Assembly (NCBI GenBank): GCA_013166835.1
Contig: JABLTI010000027.1
Span: 1 to 38,665, forward strand
Source of the DNA: Promethearchaeati archaeon
GTDB taxonomy: Archaea > Asgardarchaeota > Heimdallarchaeia > JABLTI01
Direction of reading: 5' to 3'
DNA length: 38,665 bases
The notes under the pieces were generated by a model, which did not search any database, was not told where the DNA came from, and saw only the letters and a program-made list of their open reading frames with translations. Below, one piece after another: positions 1 to 9,314 of this stretch; position 1 is the first letter of the stretch, and each line of letters begins with the position of its first letter. The position numbers and the translations under genes are program-made.

Positions 1-597
1 ATGAAAAACAGATTTTCCAGTATTGAAGTAATTGATGGTGGTGGAGGATTCGTTCCAACACGTCACCCAATTCCAACTCATGTTAAAGATAATATTATCT
101 TAATAGGAGATGCAGGTTTGATTGTGAATCCATTACATGGTGGAGGATTAAGTCCCTCACTCACTTCAGGTTATATAGCAGGGAAAATAGCAGCAACTCA
201 AGTTCCAAATGAGAATTTATCTGAGAGTGATCTGTGGTTATTCAACGAGAAAATTCATGAGAGATATGGTCTGAGATATTCATTATTAGATTTTTATAGA
301 ATACTCTTGCAGAATATTCCGGATGAGGAATTAAATGATGCTCTACATAAGGAATACTTACCTCTAGGAAGCATCTTTTACGCAAGAGAATATGAGGACC
401 TAATGAAATTATCAAGAAAATTAGGAGAAATCTGGAGTCAATTACCCAATCCAAGATTTAATCGATTACCTGAAATCACCGAGAAATTATATGTATGCAC
501 TAACAAGTATCCAAAAACACCAGAAGAATTAGACTCATGGACCAAAGAATATAGAGGCTTATATGCAGAGTACTATGAATTGATTGCTCTTAGATGA
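1..597 (+). CDS. Geranylgeranyl reductase family FAD oxidoreductase (DGGGPL reductase-like), C-terminal part, truncated by window edge
   Basis: GGGFVP...NIILIGDAGLIVNPLHGGGLSPSLTSG matches the GD-containing FAD motif of archaeal GGR enzymes; ORF is open at position 1. Confidence 0.85.
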   Translation: MKNRFSSIEVIDGGGGFVPTRHPIPTHVKDNIILIGDAGLIVNPLHGGGLSPSLTSGYIAGKIAATQVPNENLSESDLWLFNEKIHERYGLRYSLLDFYRILLQNIPDEELNDALHKEYLPLGSIFYAREYEDLMKLSRKLGEIWSQLPNPRFNRLPEITEKLYVCTNKYPKTPEELDSWTKEYRGLYAEYYELIALR

Positions 598-712
598 ATG
601 AATGAATTTAATTAACAGAAATAATCCTTTTTCATACTCGAAAGTGAAGCTATTGAAACATTTTTAATATTCAATTCTGATTTACAATTCGATTCAAAGG
701 AGACCAATTCTA

Positions 713-2164
713 GTGAATGCTTCGCATGGAGATGAAAGTATTGTCGATACCATTAGTGGTGTAGCCAATGCAAAAGGTACTCCATCAGCAAAGGAAGTAT
801 TGAAGAATGGTACTTTCATGTTACTGTTTGCAGCCCAGCTTACTCAAAATATTGGTGCAGCAGTTTCTTGGTTGGCATTACAGTTCTTTATATTCAAATT
901 AACTAATAGTCCCGGTAAAATGGGCATATTATCAATTGTTTTCTTTCTTCCTTACGTTTTATTCACTCCATTCGCTGGGGTATTAGTTGATCGATTTGAT
1001 CAAAGAAAAATCATGTTGTATTCAAATATGCTCAGTTTCTTAGCATCAGTGGGTTATATTATTGTATACGTGCTCAGAGAATCTTTTGTAGTCATTATTA
1101 ATGTAAATGGTCTTAATATGGCCAGTGTCAGATACATTCTACTTTTACTATACATCTTAACTTTCATAAACTCATCAGCAGCATCAATATTTTTCCCAGC
1201 AAGAAGTGCTTATACAAGATTAATTGTGAAGAAAAAGAATCTTCTAATTGCCAACTCAATTGGGTCAACTGTTTTCCAAGTTGCAACAATTATAGGTTAT
1301 GTTTTAGCTGGAGTAATAGCAAATAGAAGTTATTTAGGGAGCTTTATTTTTGATGCAGCTACGTTTGCCTTCTCAATGACGATGATGTTTTTCATCATTC
1401 TAGTGGGTAAGAAACCACCAGAGGTTAAACGACCCGAGGAAGCAACATTTAGAGCACAAGCTAAAGGAGTATATGATGATTTAGTCATAGGCTTCAAAAC
1501 GATAAGAGGTGCGCCAAAGATCTCCTATATGTTAATAGTTTTTGCATTCACCATTTTTTCATTTTCAACATTTAATGTATTGTTTATAGTTATTTTACAA
1601 GGTGAAATGGGACTTACGGAATCGTGGTATGGTATTTTACAAGCGGTAATGGGTGTCTCAGGAATTATTATGTCATTAACTCTAATGGGAATAGGTAGAA
1701 TTAAACGTAAAATAGCTATGCTGAATATCGCTTTAATAGGCGCAACATTATTCTTGTATTTCTTTGCTTTCGCAAGAACTGCTTTGTCCATTGGCATTCT
1801 TTTATTCATATTTGGAGTAGTTCTTTCTACAATCAATGTTTCAGCTCCAACCTTAATACAAGAACAAATACCTTACGAGAAACAGGGTCGGGTGTTTGGA
1901 ACGCAACAATTATTCCAAGGTATAGCTCGGTTAGTCGGAATGGGTATTGTTTCATTAGTGGCTGAAGTCGTTTTGCCAAAATATATTATCTTAGTTGCTG
2001 CAGGAATACTAACCATTGTTATGATTTGGGGTATGATCTACTCTAACCGAGGAGAAGTAGCTAAACCAGATTATATTGATGATGTGAAAGAACCCGAATT
2101 TTCAATAGGCAAAGCAGAAGAAATTTGGGATACTACACAACCAAATACTGCTAAATATGACTAA
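713..2164 (+). CDS. MFS transporter (DHA3/macrolide-efflux-like)
   Basis: About 12 hydrophobic segments; MFS motif A (AGVLVDRFDQRK); C-terminal IQEQIPYEKQGRVFG. Confidence 0.9.
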   Translation: MNASHGDESIVDTISGVANAKGTPSAKEVLKNGTFMLLFAAQLTQNIGAAVSWLALQFFIFKLTNSPGKMGILSIVFFLPYVLFTPFAGVLVDRFDQRKIMLYSNMLSFLASVGYIIVYVLRESFVVIINVNGLNMASVRYILLLLYILTFINSSAASIFFPARSAYTRLIVKKKNLLIANSIGSTVFQVATIIGYVLAGVIANRSYLGSFIFDAATFAFSMTMMFFIILVGKKPPEVKRPEEATFRAQAKGVYDDLVIGFKTIRGAPKISYMLIVFAFTIFSFSTFNVLFIVILQGEMGLTESWYGILQAVMGVSGIIMSLTLMGIGRIKRKIAMLNIALIGATLFLYFFAFARTALSIGILLFIFGVVLSTINVSAPTLIQEQIPYEKQGRVFGTQQLFQGIARLVGMGIVSLVAEVVLPKYIILVAAGILTIVMIWGMIYSNRGEVAKPDYIDDVKEPEFSIGKAEEIWDTTQPNTAKYD

Positions 2165-2185
2165 CATAAAATGTAGAAATAGAAT

Positions 2186-2908
2186 TTAATCCTCAATTTT
2201 GATGACGATTCTCTTATTCTCTTTTCCTTTATTTATTGTTTCAATGATCCGAACTGTACCTACTTCGCGAGTGTTCTTGAGATGTGTCCCACCATCTGCT
2301 TGTAAATCTAAACCTACGATTTCTACTGTTCTAACTTCTTTGATTTGGGGTGGAAGTAAATTAATCTTCGTTCGAATGAGATCTGGAATTTGAAATGCTT
2401 CTTCTCGAGGTAATATTTTGATGACGACATCTCGAGCAGCTGCAATTTCTTCAGCAACACGTTTTTCGATATAGTTAACTCTTTCTTTCGAAAAATCAGC
2501 AAGATTGAAATCCATCCGTGCTTTGTTAGGATACATATTACCACCAGTGACACTCGAACCGAATTCTTTCCAGATTAATCCACAGAGAATGTGAAGAGCA
2601 GTGTGGTAACGCATAATTATATACCGTCTATCCCAATCGATTTCTCCTTTTATTAGAGAACCTATTTCAGCTTTAAGAGGTCGATCAACTCTGTGAAAAT
2701 ACTCACGATCTTGATCTCGACCAATTTTAGAAACCGAATATTCCTCACTTTTGACGAGAAGCATTCCGGTATCATGTGGTTGTCCTCCTCCACCTGTAAA
2801 AAATGCAGTTCGATCAAGATATACATTCATACCATCATCTGATATTTTTGTAATCGTAGCTTCAAACTCCTTAAGATAACTATCAGTCATGTATAGTAAT
2901 TTCGTCAT
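2186..2908 (-). CDS. alaX: Alanyl-tRNA editing protein, AlaX-M type
   Basis: TKLLYMTDSYLKEF start, GGGQPHDTG, zinc motif HTALH and DGGTH (Asp in place of the usual Cys); ATG 2908 preferred over TTG 2917. Confidence 0.9.
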   Translation of the reverse strand: MTKLLYMTDSYLKEFEATITKISDDGMNVYLDRTAFFTGGGGQPHDTGMLLVKSEEYSVSKIGRDQDREYFHRVDRPLKAEIGSLIKGEIDWDRRYIIMRYHTALHILCGLIWKEFGSSVTGGNMYPNKARMDFNLADFSKERVNYIEKRVAEEIAAARDVVIKILPREEAFQIPDLIRTKINLLPPQIKEVRTVEIVGLDLQADGGTHLKNTREVGTVRIIETINKGKENKRIVIKIED

Positions 2909-2957
2909 TGCTCTCAAAGAAACATGGTTTCAAACAGAAATAAAACTTTGCAAGAAA

Positions 2958-3108
2958 TGGTGATGAGCCAAAGAATGAAGGGGCTTCAAGACTTTGGCTC
3001 ACCGCGGTAGATGGATGGCAAATTCGCAAACATCTTCTCCCTAGGGAGAATCTGTATTGCAATCGTTATTTCAGGGTTGAAGCCCTGATGAAAGTGATAA
3101 CTGTAATA
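2958..3108. ncRNA. Candidate structured RNA (four consecutive hairpins), family unknown
   Basis: GC-enriched intergenic tract. Stems: TGAGCCAAAG/CTTTGGCTCA (2964-3001), AGATG/CATCT (3009-3035), perfect palindrome TTCTCCCTAGGGAGAA (3035-3050), long interrupted stem 3055-3108. Confidence 0.5.
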
Positions 3109-3360
3109 TTATCTAAGACCATTACAAGATTTCATTATTTTTAGAGCTAGTCTCATTGTTTTGAGAGCACTAGTAATGTCTTGAGAGTTGTATTCTGCTA
3201 ATTCATAAGCTTTTAATCGAAGCTTCTGAGCATCTTTTGGTTCCTCAAATTCCTCTAGAAGTTTATTATACTCACTAACAATTATGCTCAAAGTTTTTGA
3301 TTCCTTGCTATTTGCAGGGAATGTTAAATGATATTTTGGATCAACATCTTCAATAGACAT
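3109..3360 (-). CDS. Hypothetical 83-aa helical protein
   Basis: ATG start preceded by a GGTGA SD-like element; TATA-like box near 3441-3449; no family recognised. Confidence 0.7.
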   Translation of the reverse strand: MSIEDVDPKYHLTFPANSKESKTLSIIVSEYNKLLEEFEEPKDAQKLRLKAYELAEYNSQDITSALKTMRLALKIMKSCNGLR

Positions 3361-3451
3361 ATATTATTCACCAAATGAATTCACAAACGAATTTTTTTGT
3401 CTTCTCTTTTGTGAATCATTACTTTGATATTCTCAAGAGCTATAAAAAAGC

Positions 3452-3469
3452 TTCTCATAAGTTTGAGAA
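3452..3469. promoter_or_regulatory. Palindromic operator TTCTCA-N6-TGAGAA, copy 1
   Basis: TTCTCA taagtt TGAGAA; extra half-site at 3430-3435 (22 bp away); adjacent to a minus-strand TATA (TTTTATAG). Confidence 0.7.
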
Positions 3470-3621
3470 ATAATTCTGAAAATAATGTAATGCTTTATAA
3501 AGTTTAAAGGTAAAAATAATAGTAATAATTAGTGATTTCTCTTCGAAAAATAGGAAAAATTCTAGATGGATGAAAAGGCTCCAATTTATAGTTAGTGATA
3601 ATCTGAAAGGAGAAAAAGAAA

Positions 3622-4311
3622 GTGAATGAAACAATAAAAATTATACAAAATATGAGGACTATTCGGAAATTCTCTGACAAGAAGATTTCAAAAAAAGATT
3701 TAGAGTTAATCATAAATAGTTCAGTTCGAGCAGCTAATTCTTCTCGCAGACAGAATTATTCAATCATAGTTGTTGATGAAAAAGAAACACTTGATCAGTT
3801 ATTTTATGGAAGCAATAAAGGACTTGTTTTTTGTTTAGATTTTAATCGATTAATAGACACTGCAAAACACTTGGGTTATGATTATGACCCAAAAGATATT
3901 CGATTATTTATCATAGGTTCTATTGATACCATTCTTGCAGCGCAAACTGCTACAATAGCGGCTAAATCACTTGGTATTGATTCTATTTTTACAAATAGTA
4001 TTCATCGAGCGAAAATAGAAGATGTTTACAAGCACTTCAATTTACCAGAACAGTATTGCTTTCCACTAATAGCCTTAGGTTTAGGATATCCTGAAGAAGA
4101 ACCCAAATGGAAAATGGGTCGACTTTCAGGTCCTGGTCTTGTTCATGATAACAAATACCAGAGACTTACTTCTGAGGAGCTAGATCAACTTGTGAAGGAC
4201 TATGATGATCAAGATCTTAAATTGGGTGTTCCAGCTGAGAGCTTAGCGGAACAGGGTTTTGAACGTTATTTAGATTGGTTCTTTAAAATAAGCCAAATTC
4301 CTAGTAGATAA
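3622..4311 (+). CDS. Nitroreductase family protein (NfsA/Frp-like)
   Basis: MRTIRKFSDKKI, AANSSRRQNYSIIVV, IDTILAAQ...AAKSLGIDS, PLIALGLGYP. Confidence 0.9.
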   Translation: MNETIKIIQNMRTIRKFSDKKISKKDLELIINSSVRAANSSRRQNYSIIVVDEKETLDQLFYGSNKGLVFCLDFNRLIDTAKHLGYDYDPKDIRLFIIGSIDTILAAQTATIAAKSLGIDSIFTNSIHRAKIEDVYKHFNLPEQYCFPLIALGLGYPEEEPKWKMGRLSGPGLVHDNKYQRLTSEELDQLVKDYDDQDLKLGVPAESLAEQGFERYLDWFFKISQIPSR

Positions 4312-4327
4312 ATAAAGAGGTGCCCAA

Positions 4328-5022
4328 ATGAAATATAAATTCATAAAAGGAATAACAAATGCATTAGGATGTCAGAATGTTTTACCAGTAGATTTTAGTC
4401 CGATTGCATTTATTGTGGCGTTGGAAGAACAACAAAATGGACTATGGAACGATCTGAATTCTATCCAATTGAAGATGTTTTTTCTGAAATAAACAAGTAT
4501 ATTGAAAACAATGGTATAGTAGAATACATTTTACTTACTGGAAGTGGCGAACCTGCTCTTTATAGTGGGTTTGGTGAATTAGCAGATAAAATCAGAGAGA
4601 AGTTTCCAAGCATAGGTATTATTGCTTATACAAATGGTTCTTTACTGAATCGAAAAGATGTACAAAATGAGTTTGCTAAATGTACAGTTCTAGGGTGTAA
4701 TTTGAATAGTGTCTATAATAAGGAATTCAAGAAGATATGCAGACCACTTGAAGATGTTCGATTACAAGACACATTGAATGGTCTAAAGGAATTCAGCAAG
4801 CATTTCAAAGGAAATCTAATTTTTGATACTAAATTTGTCAGAGATCTGAATGATACTAAAAGGAATGTTCAAGGATTAATTGATTTTCTGAAAGAAATAC
4901 AACCGAATAGCTATACAGTAATTAGTAAGAAACATAAAGGACAAGAATTGACTGAAGAATTTACTTCGTTTATTAAGGAAACAATGAAGGATTTACCTTT
5001 CCCAACAGAGTTACACATCTAA
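4328..5022 (+). pseudogene. Radical SAM protein, frameshifted near 4400 and missing the first Cys of CxxxCxxC
   Basis: The ATG 4328 frame gives MKYKFIKG...VLPVDFSP; another frame continues DCIYCGVGRTT...TGSGEPALY...YTNGSLL. Only CxxC of the cluster motif remains. Confidence 0.75.
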
Positions 5023-5097
5023 TCATAACAAATAAAATTGCTCCTAGTATTATCTAGAGTTTGGAAAAAATAGAAAACCAAGAGAAATCTACATCAG

Positions 5098-6267
5098 CTA
5101 TAATGTCATCATAATTTCAGTTAATTTTTCCTCAACTTTCCATAAACGACCTTTAACCCAACCACAACGATCCATCATTGCTCGATAGGTATTTTCATTC
5201 GAAAAATCTTCATGGTAAAGAGCCGCATCTGTTAATTCTCGATAAATGCCCCAACGAATGTCATCAAGTTTTTTCGTTTTAATATCTATTAATTGCTCCA
5301 AGAGTTTCTTGAGTTTCTTATCACCATCTGAAGCAACCCGTTTCTGCAACATATTTTCTAGTTTAAAGTAAAGATATTCAATTCGATGGTATGTTGAAAC
5401 AGCATCGTTTCTCGCAAACCACATTTCAATTATCTTGGAATGAGGGAAAAATACATTTATACTTCTAGCCCAGGTTGTAACTTCTTCGGCTTGATACAAT
5501 TGAGCATTCTTCTTGTGCCTTTTCACAACATCTTCTGCACGAGATAAATGAGCATTCATTTTTTCAGCATTTGTTAGGAAAAACTCGAGGAAATGAAAGG
5601 AATCAGTTCCTCTATGATGGCCAAAACATTCAAGATCACAACCAATCGCTACAGGACCATTCTTCTTGTTAATCGTCTCGAGCATCCATTGACCATTAGG
5701 GAATGCATTATCTGAAAAGTGCCAACTAAGAGCACGATTGCGAGGAATTATGAAAATATCTTTCTCAGTCTCTAATTTCCAAAGACCTTCTACATCATCA
5801 GAATAAAATGTACTGTACACACCATCGATAATAGAATAATCAATATCAAGTTCTTGGAGAAGATGATTCTTATGTGTAGAGAAAACCAGTTCCGGTGGAA
5901 ATAAGCCCCTCATTTCCTTTCCGAACATTTCTTTGACCATTTTTCTATGATGGTAAAATTGTTCTTTGATAAAACCATCATCAGTGAAAACAAGTGGTGC
6001 ATGATAGAAAGGAGATAATAAAACTTCAACTACTCCTCGATCAATTAACTCACCTAAAGTAGATATTAAGAAATCATTACCAGTGCGTTCAAACCATTGG
6101 ATAACACTCCCTGTAAGTGAGAGGTTAATAGCAAAATCGTGATCTTTGCTTAGGTCTGAGAGCATTTTAAACATAGGACCATAACTTTGCCAAGTAATCT
6201 CCTTCACAATAAATTCTTCGTTATAATAGGGTTGATGACCATGAAGGATTAAAACACAATCAGTCAA
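5098..6267 (-). CDS. Glycoside hydrolase family 57 protein
   Basis: HGHQP N-terminal motif, GLFPPE nucleophile region, DLECFGHH acid/base region. Confidence 0.9.
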   Translation of the reverse strand: MTDCVLILHGHQPYYNEEFIVKEITWQSYGPMFKMLSDLSKDHDFAINLSLTGSVIQWFERTGNDFLISTLGELIDRGVVEVLLSPFYHAPLVFTDDGFIKEQFYHHRKMVKEMFGKEMRGLFPPELVFSTHKNHLLQELDIDYSIIDGVYSTFYSDDVEGLWKLETEKDIFIIPRNRALSWHFSDNAFPNGQWMLETINKKNGPVAIGCDLECFGHHRGTDSFHFLEFFLTNAEKMNAHLSRAEDVVKRHKKNAQLYQAEEVTTWARSINVFFPHSKIIEMWFARNDAVSTYHRIEYLYFKLENMLQKRVASDGDKKLKKLLEQLIDIKTKKLDDIRWGIYRELTDAALYHEDFSNENTYRAMMDRCGWVKGRLWKVEEKLTEIMMTL

Positions 6268-6447
6268 AATTTAAAATCTCCTGTGTCCTATGAGATACCA
6301 TTTAATCCAATAGGTATCTTCAATTAATAATTAATGAGTTAAGAACATTTTCCTTGAATTCAATAGATAAAATCTAACCACAAATTTCTAATTTTGAATA
6401 GTCAGTATTATAATAAATAAATTGAAAGAAATTTAGTAGTGAGTAAA

Positions 6448-7053
6448 ATGGCAGAAACAAATAATGATAAACGAAATATCAAGGAATTATCTATAATATT
6501 GCTTGAGATAGCAGACCTTAATTTTTTACTATCTACAATAGGACTTGAAAAAGAGCAGGTACTGAAACAAATAGTGAAAGAAGTGAATCATATAACTTGG
6601 ATTTTTGGGCATTGTGCGTCACATATGGATTATATCTTTGGGGGATTATGTCAAGGAAAACGTCTACTAACAGAGGAAGAAAGCGAAGCCTATGCTTATG
6701 GAGTTTCAAAAGATAAAATAAACGAAGGATTACCTAACACATTCAAAGATCTAATTGAACGGTATCTGAAAATACGAAAAGAAACATTTGACTATTTAAA
6801 CAAATTACCAGAAGAGAAATATCGAGAAGTGCCAGAAGCAGATGCAGGGAAACAAACAAAAGAGTCAGTTATGCAAGCAATCCAAAGAGTAGCATTACAC
6901 TATATGGGACATATGGGACAAATAATACTCATACGAAGAAGTATCGGAAACCCGGGATTTGGATTCGTTGCTGGTATGACAAAAGAAAACCGAGAAAAAA
7001 GAATAGATCAATGGATGAAATGGTGGGAAGAAAACAAAGAGAAGTTTTCTTGA
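6448..7053 (+). CDS. DinB-family (DinB_2) metalloprotein
   Basis: NHITWIFGHCA and HYMGHMGQI His motifs; GTG 6439 is an alternative start. Confidence 0.85.
   Translation: MAETNNDKRNIKELSIILLEIADLNFLLSTIGLEKEQVLKQIVKEVNHITWIFGHCASHMDYIFGGLCQGKRLLTEEESEAYAYGVSKDKINEGLPNTFKDLIERYLKIRKETFDYLNKLPEEKYREVPEADAGKQTKESVMQAIQRVALHYMGHMGQIILIRRSIGNPGFGFVAGMTKENREKRIDQWMKWWEENKEKFS
7008..7053 (+). repeat. Direct repeat copy 1 (3' end of the dinB-family gene)
   Basis: GAAATGGTGGGAAGAAAACAAAGA (7017-7040) is identical to 8037-8060; flanks are similar. Confidence 0.9.
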
Positions 7054-7126
7054 ATCCAAGAGTAGTCTGAATAGTTTTTATATTCTTCACGTATGTTAAA
7101 TCAGATGTTTTGAGGAATTGATTGCA

Positions 7127-8015
7127 ATGATTAATACTGTTTTAGGACCTATTTCTGAAGATGAATTAGGTGCAATACTAATGCATGAACATATTTTAGT
7201 GGATTTAGATGGTATAAACATGGTTGAGAAAACTTACTAAGGGATGTTCAACCATTGTTGAAGCAACTCCATTTGGACTTGGACGTGATTTAGAGGTTTT
7301 AAAGAAATGTGCTAAAGAATCTGGTTTGAATATTATCACATGTACAGGTGCTTGGGATGGTTTTTCTGTTAGAGGAAAATGTGTTCCAAATGACATTAAG
7401 GAAAAAACAATTGAGGAAATTGCTTCTATTTGGGTAAAAGAAGCTAAAGAAGGAATAAACGAGACTGGAATAAAACCTGGATTCATTAAAATGGCTCTTG
7501 GTGATGAAGGAGAAATTTTTCCTTTACAAGAAAAACTACTACGAGCAGCAATTAAAACCAGTTTAGAAACTGGACTTCGTATCCAGTGTCATGTTTGGAA
7601 TGAACCAAGTGTAAAGCGAACTTTCGAAATATTAGAGGAAGAGAACTTGCCCTTTGATAATTTTATCTGGGTTCATGCAGATGCAAAAATGAATATCCCA
7701 TTAATATTTGAAGTTGCAAAGAAAGGAATGTGGATAGAATTTGACGGTATAGCAGGTGCAGAAAACTTTGAGAAATATCCTAAAGGAATAAAGAAATTGC
7801 TAGAAGAGAATCTGATAAATCAGCTATTATTCGGACAAGATTCAGGTTCCTTTAAGATTAAAGAGAACAGAGAAGAAAATAAGAATCAAAATATGAGACC
7901 CTATGCTACGTTTTTTGATACATTTGTTCCGTATTGCGTAAAGGAAGGAATAGATCAAGAATTAATCAATAAGGTAATCACAGAAAACTCGAAAAGAGTT
8001 CTCACACTCAAGTAA
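7127..8015 (+). pseudogene. Phosphotriesterase-related protein (PTE/Php amidohydrolase), frameshifted near 7237
   Basis: ATG 7127 gives MINTVLGPISEDELGAILMHEHIL..., stopping at 7240; another frame continues KGCSTIVEATPFGLGRD...GFIK...CH...VHAD...GQD. Confidence 0.8.
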
Positions 8016-8027
8016 CTTTAAAAAAAC

Positions 8028-8073
8028 TCAAAGGAAGAAATGGTGGGAAGAAAACAAAGAAGATTTTTCATAG
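8028..8073 (+). repeat. Direct repeat copy 2, orphan 3'-end remnant of the dinB-family gene
   Basis: Reads QRKKWWEENKEDFS* versus QWMKWWEENKEKFS* in copy 1; offset exactly 1020 bp. Confidence 0.85.
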
Positions 8074-8991
8074 TTTTTTAAACATCAACATTTTATTTCT
8101 AGAAAAATCCCTTTCGAAAACTGTTTGATTCGAGGAATCCATTTTCTCAACTTTACTAATTGATAATTTAAATCTTAATATGTTGATTTCACCAGATGAA
8201 CCGGGAATTCTCATTAGTGAAGATGAGAGATTATTGAGGAAATCAAAATTCCAGGTATCAACATGGGAACAAACTGCTACATTTCTTTGTTGCTTTCTAT
8301 CACTAAGCAAAAGAAAACCAACTAAAATTTCATCGCTATAGATCGAATAAATCAATTGTTTTTCTTTTTGAATAACTTCTTTTATTGAAGCATAGTAATC
8401 CGAATAACTAATCCTCTCAAAATACTCTAAGCCAGCTTTACCAGATACCGCTTCAATCTCTCCTAGAACAAATTGTCTTAGTATTACCATTAAGTTACTA
8501 TCGTCGAAGTTATGCTTTCGGAGTTCTAATGAGTTTGCTTCGCTGGATTGGATTTTGTCAACCATTATTGATAGATAAGTAATTCCTTCACCAACTCTTC
8601 TGTAACCAAACTTTTCATAAAGTGAGATAGCAGAAGAATTATTAGCCAAAACAACTAAAGCTAGAAAGCTCTTCTTCAATTCCGAAGCTCTTGCTTCTGA
8701 AAAAGTCATTAATGCCTTTCCAATGCCTTGTTTTCTGAAAGTGGATTCGACCGCAATTGTGTAAATAAATAATTGATCACCACGATTTGTACCTAGGGAA
8801 AGTATACCAGCAATTTCGTCATCCTTAATGTAAAAGTAATTCTCAGCCTTAATTCTGAACCAAATAAACATCAAGAACCTGATGAATAAATTAGTTTGTG
8901 ATATTTGAGGATCGTGACTCATGTTTCGAATCATAGATTTCTTAAACTTCGACCATTCATACCATCTAACTTTTCTAATCTCAGATTTCAT
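8068..8991 (-). CDS. GNAT family N-acetyltransferase
   Basis: IAVESTFRKQGIGKAL acetyl-CoA motif; NNSSAISLYEKFGY. Confidence 0.9.
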   Translation of the reverse strand: MKSEIRKVRWYEWSKFKKSMIRNMSHDPQISQTNLFIRFLMFIWFRIKAENYFYIKDDEIAGILSLGTNRGDQLFIYTIAVESTFRKQGIGKALMTFSEARASELKKSFLALVVLANNSSAISLYEKFGYRRVGEGITYLSIMVDKIQSSEANSLELRKHNFDDSNLMVILRQFVLGEIEAVSGKAGLEYFERISYSDYYASIKEVIQKEKQLIYSIYSDEILVGFLLLSDRKQQRNVAVCSHVDTWNFDFLNNLSSSLMRIPGSSGEINILRFKLSISKVEKMDSSNQTVFERDFSRNKMLMFKKL

Positions 8992-9066
8992 TTGTTTAGC
9001 ACTCTATTTCAGAAAGGAGATACGAGTTAATAAACATTTAATTTTGATTTTTATTATTAAGTCTAG

Positions 9067-9249
9067 ATGACTTTTCTTAAAATATTTAACATGGCAAATA
9101 ACTTAGTATTTTCTAGTTTGAATAAATTAGATGCAAACGTAATTGTGGGAGATTTCCATTATGTTTGGGAACCAATTGCGAAGATCCTAGGATTAACCTT
9201 TGAATTGAAAACATCGGAAGAAGAAGACTTGCTTATTTTCAAGAAATGA
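9067..9249 (+). CDS. Short hypothetical ORF or gene remnant
   Basis: 60-aa ORF with protein-like composition just upstream of the tRNA; no family recognised. Confidence 0.3.
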   Translation: MTFLKIFNMANNLVFSSLNKLDANVIVGDFHYVWEPIAKILGLTFELKTSEEEDLLIFKK

Positions 9250-9314
9250 TAAGAATCTCATTAAAATCGAAAATGTTTTATAGGTCAATCAAGCAGAAAA
9301 AAGTGCAATACCTT

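Noticed and set aside
242-2553. Short overlapping ORFs 242-454, 1525-1836, 2199-2393, 2323-2553
   Set aside because: Antisense or alternate-frame shadows of well-supported genes, with no motifs.
2958-3005. Fluoride riboswitch or SECIS (GGTGATGA...CTCACC)
   Set aside because: No 3' pseudoknot partner after CTGATGA; the ATGA is Watson-Crick paired instead of forming a GA/GA quartet; no selenoprotein candidate nearby.
3071-3101. Hammerhead ribozyme (CTGATGA...GAAA)
   Set aside because: GAAA overlaps the CTGATGA with no stem II between them, and there is no compatible stem I/UH geometry.
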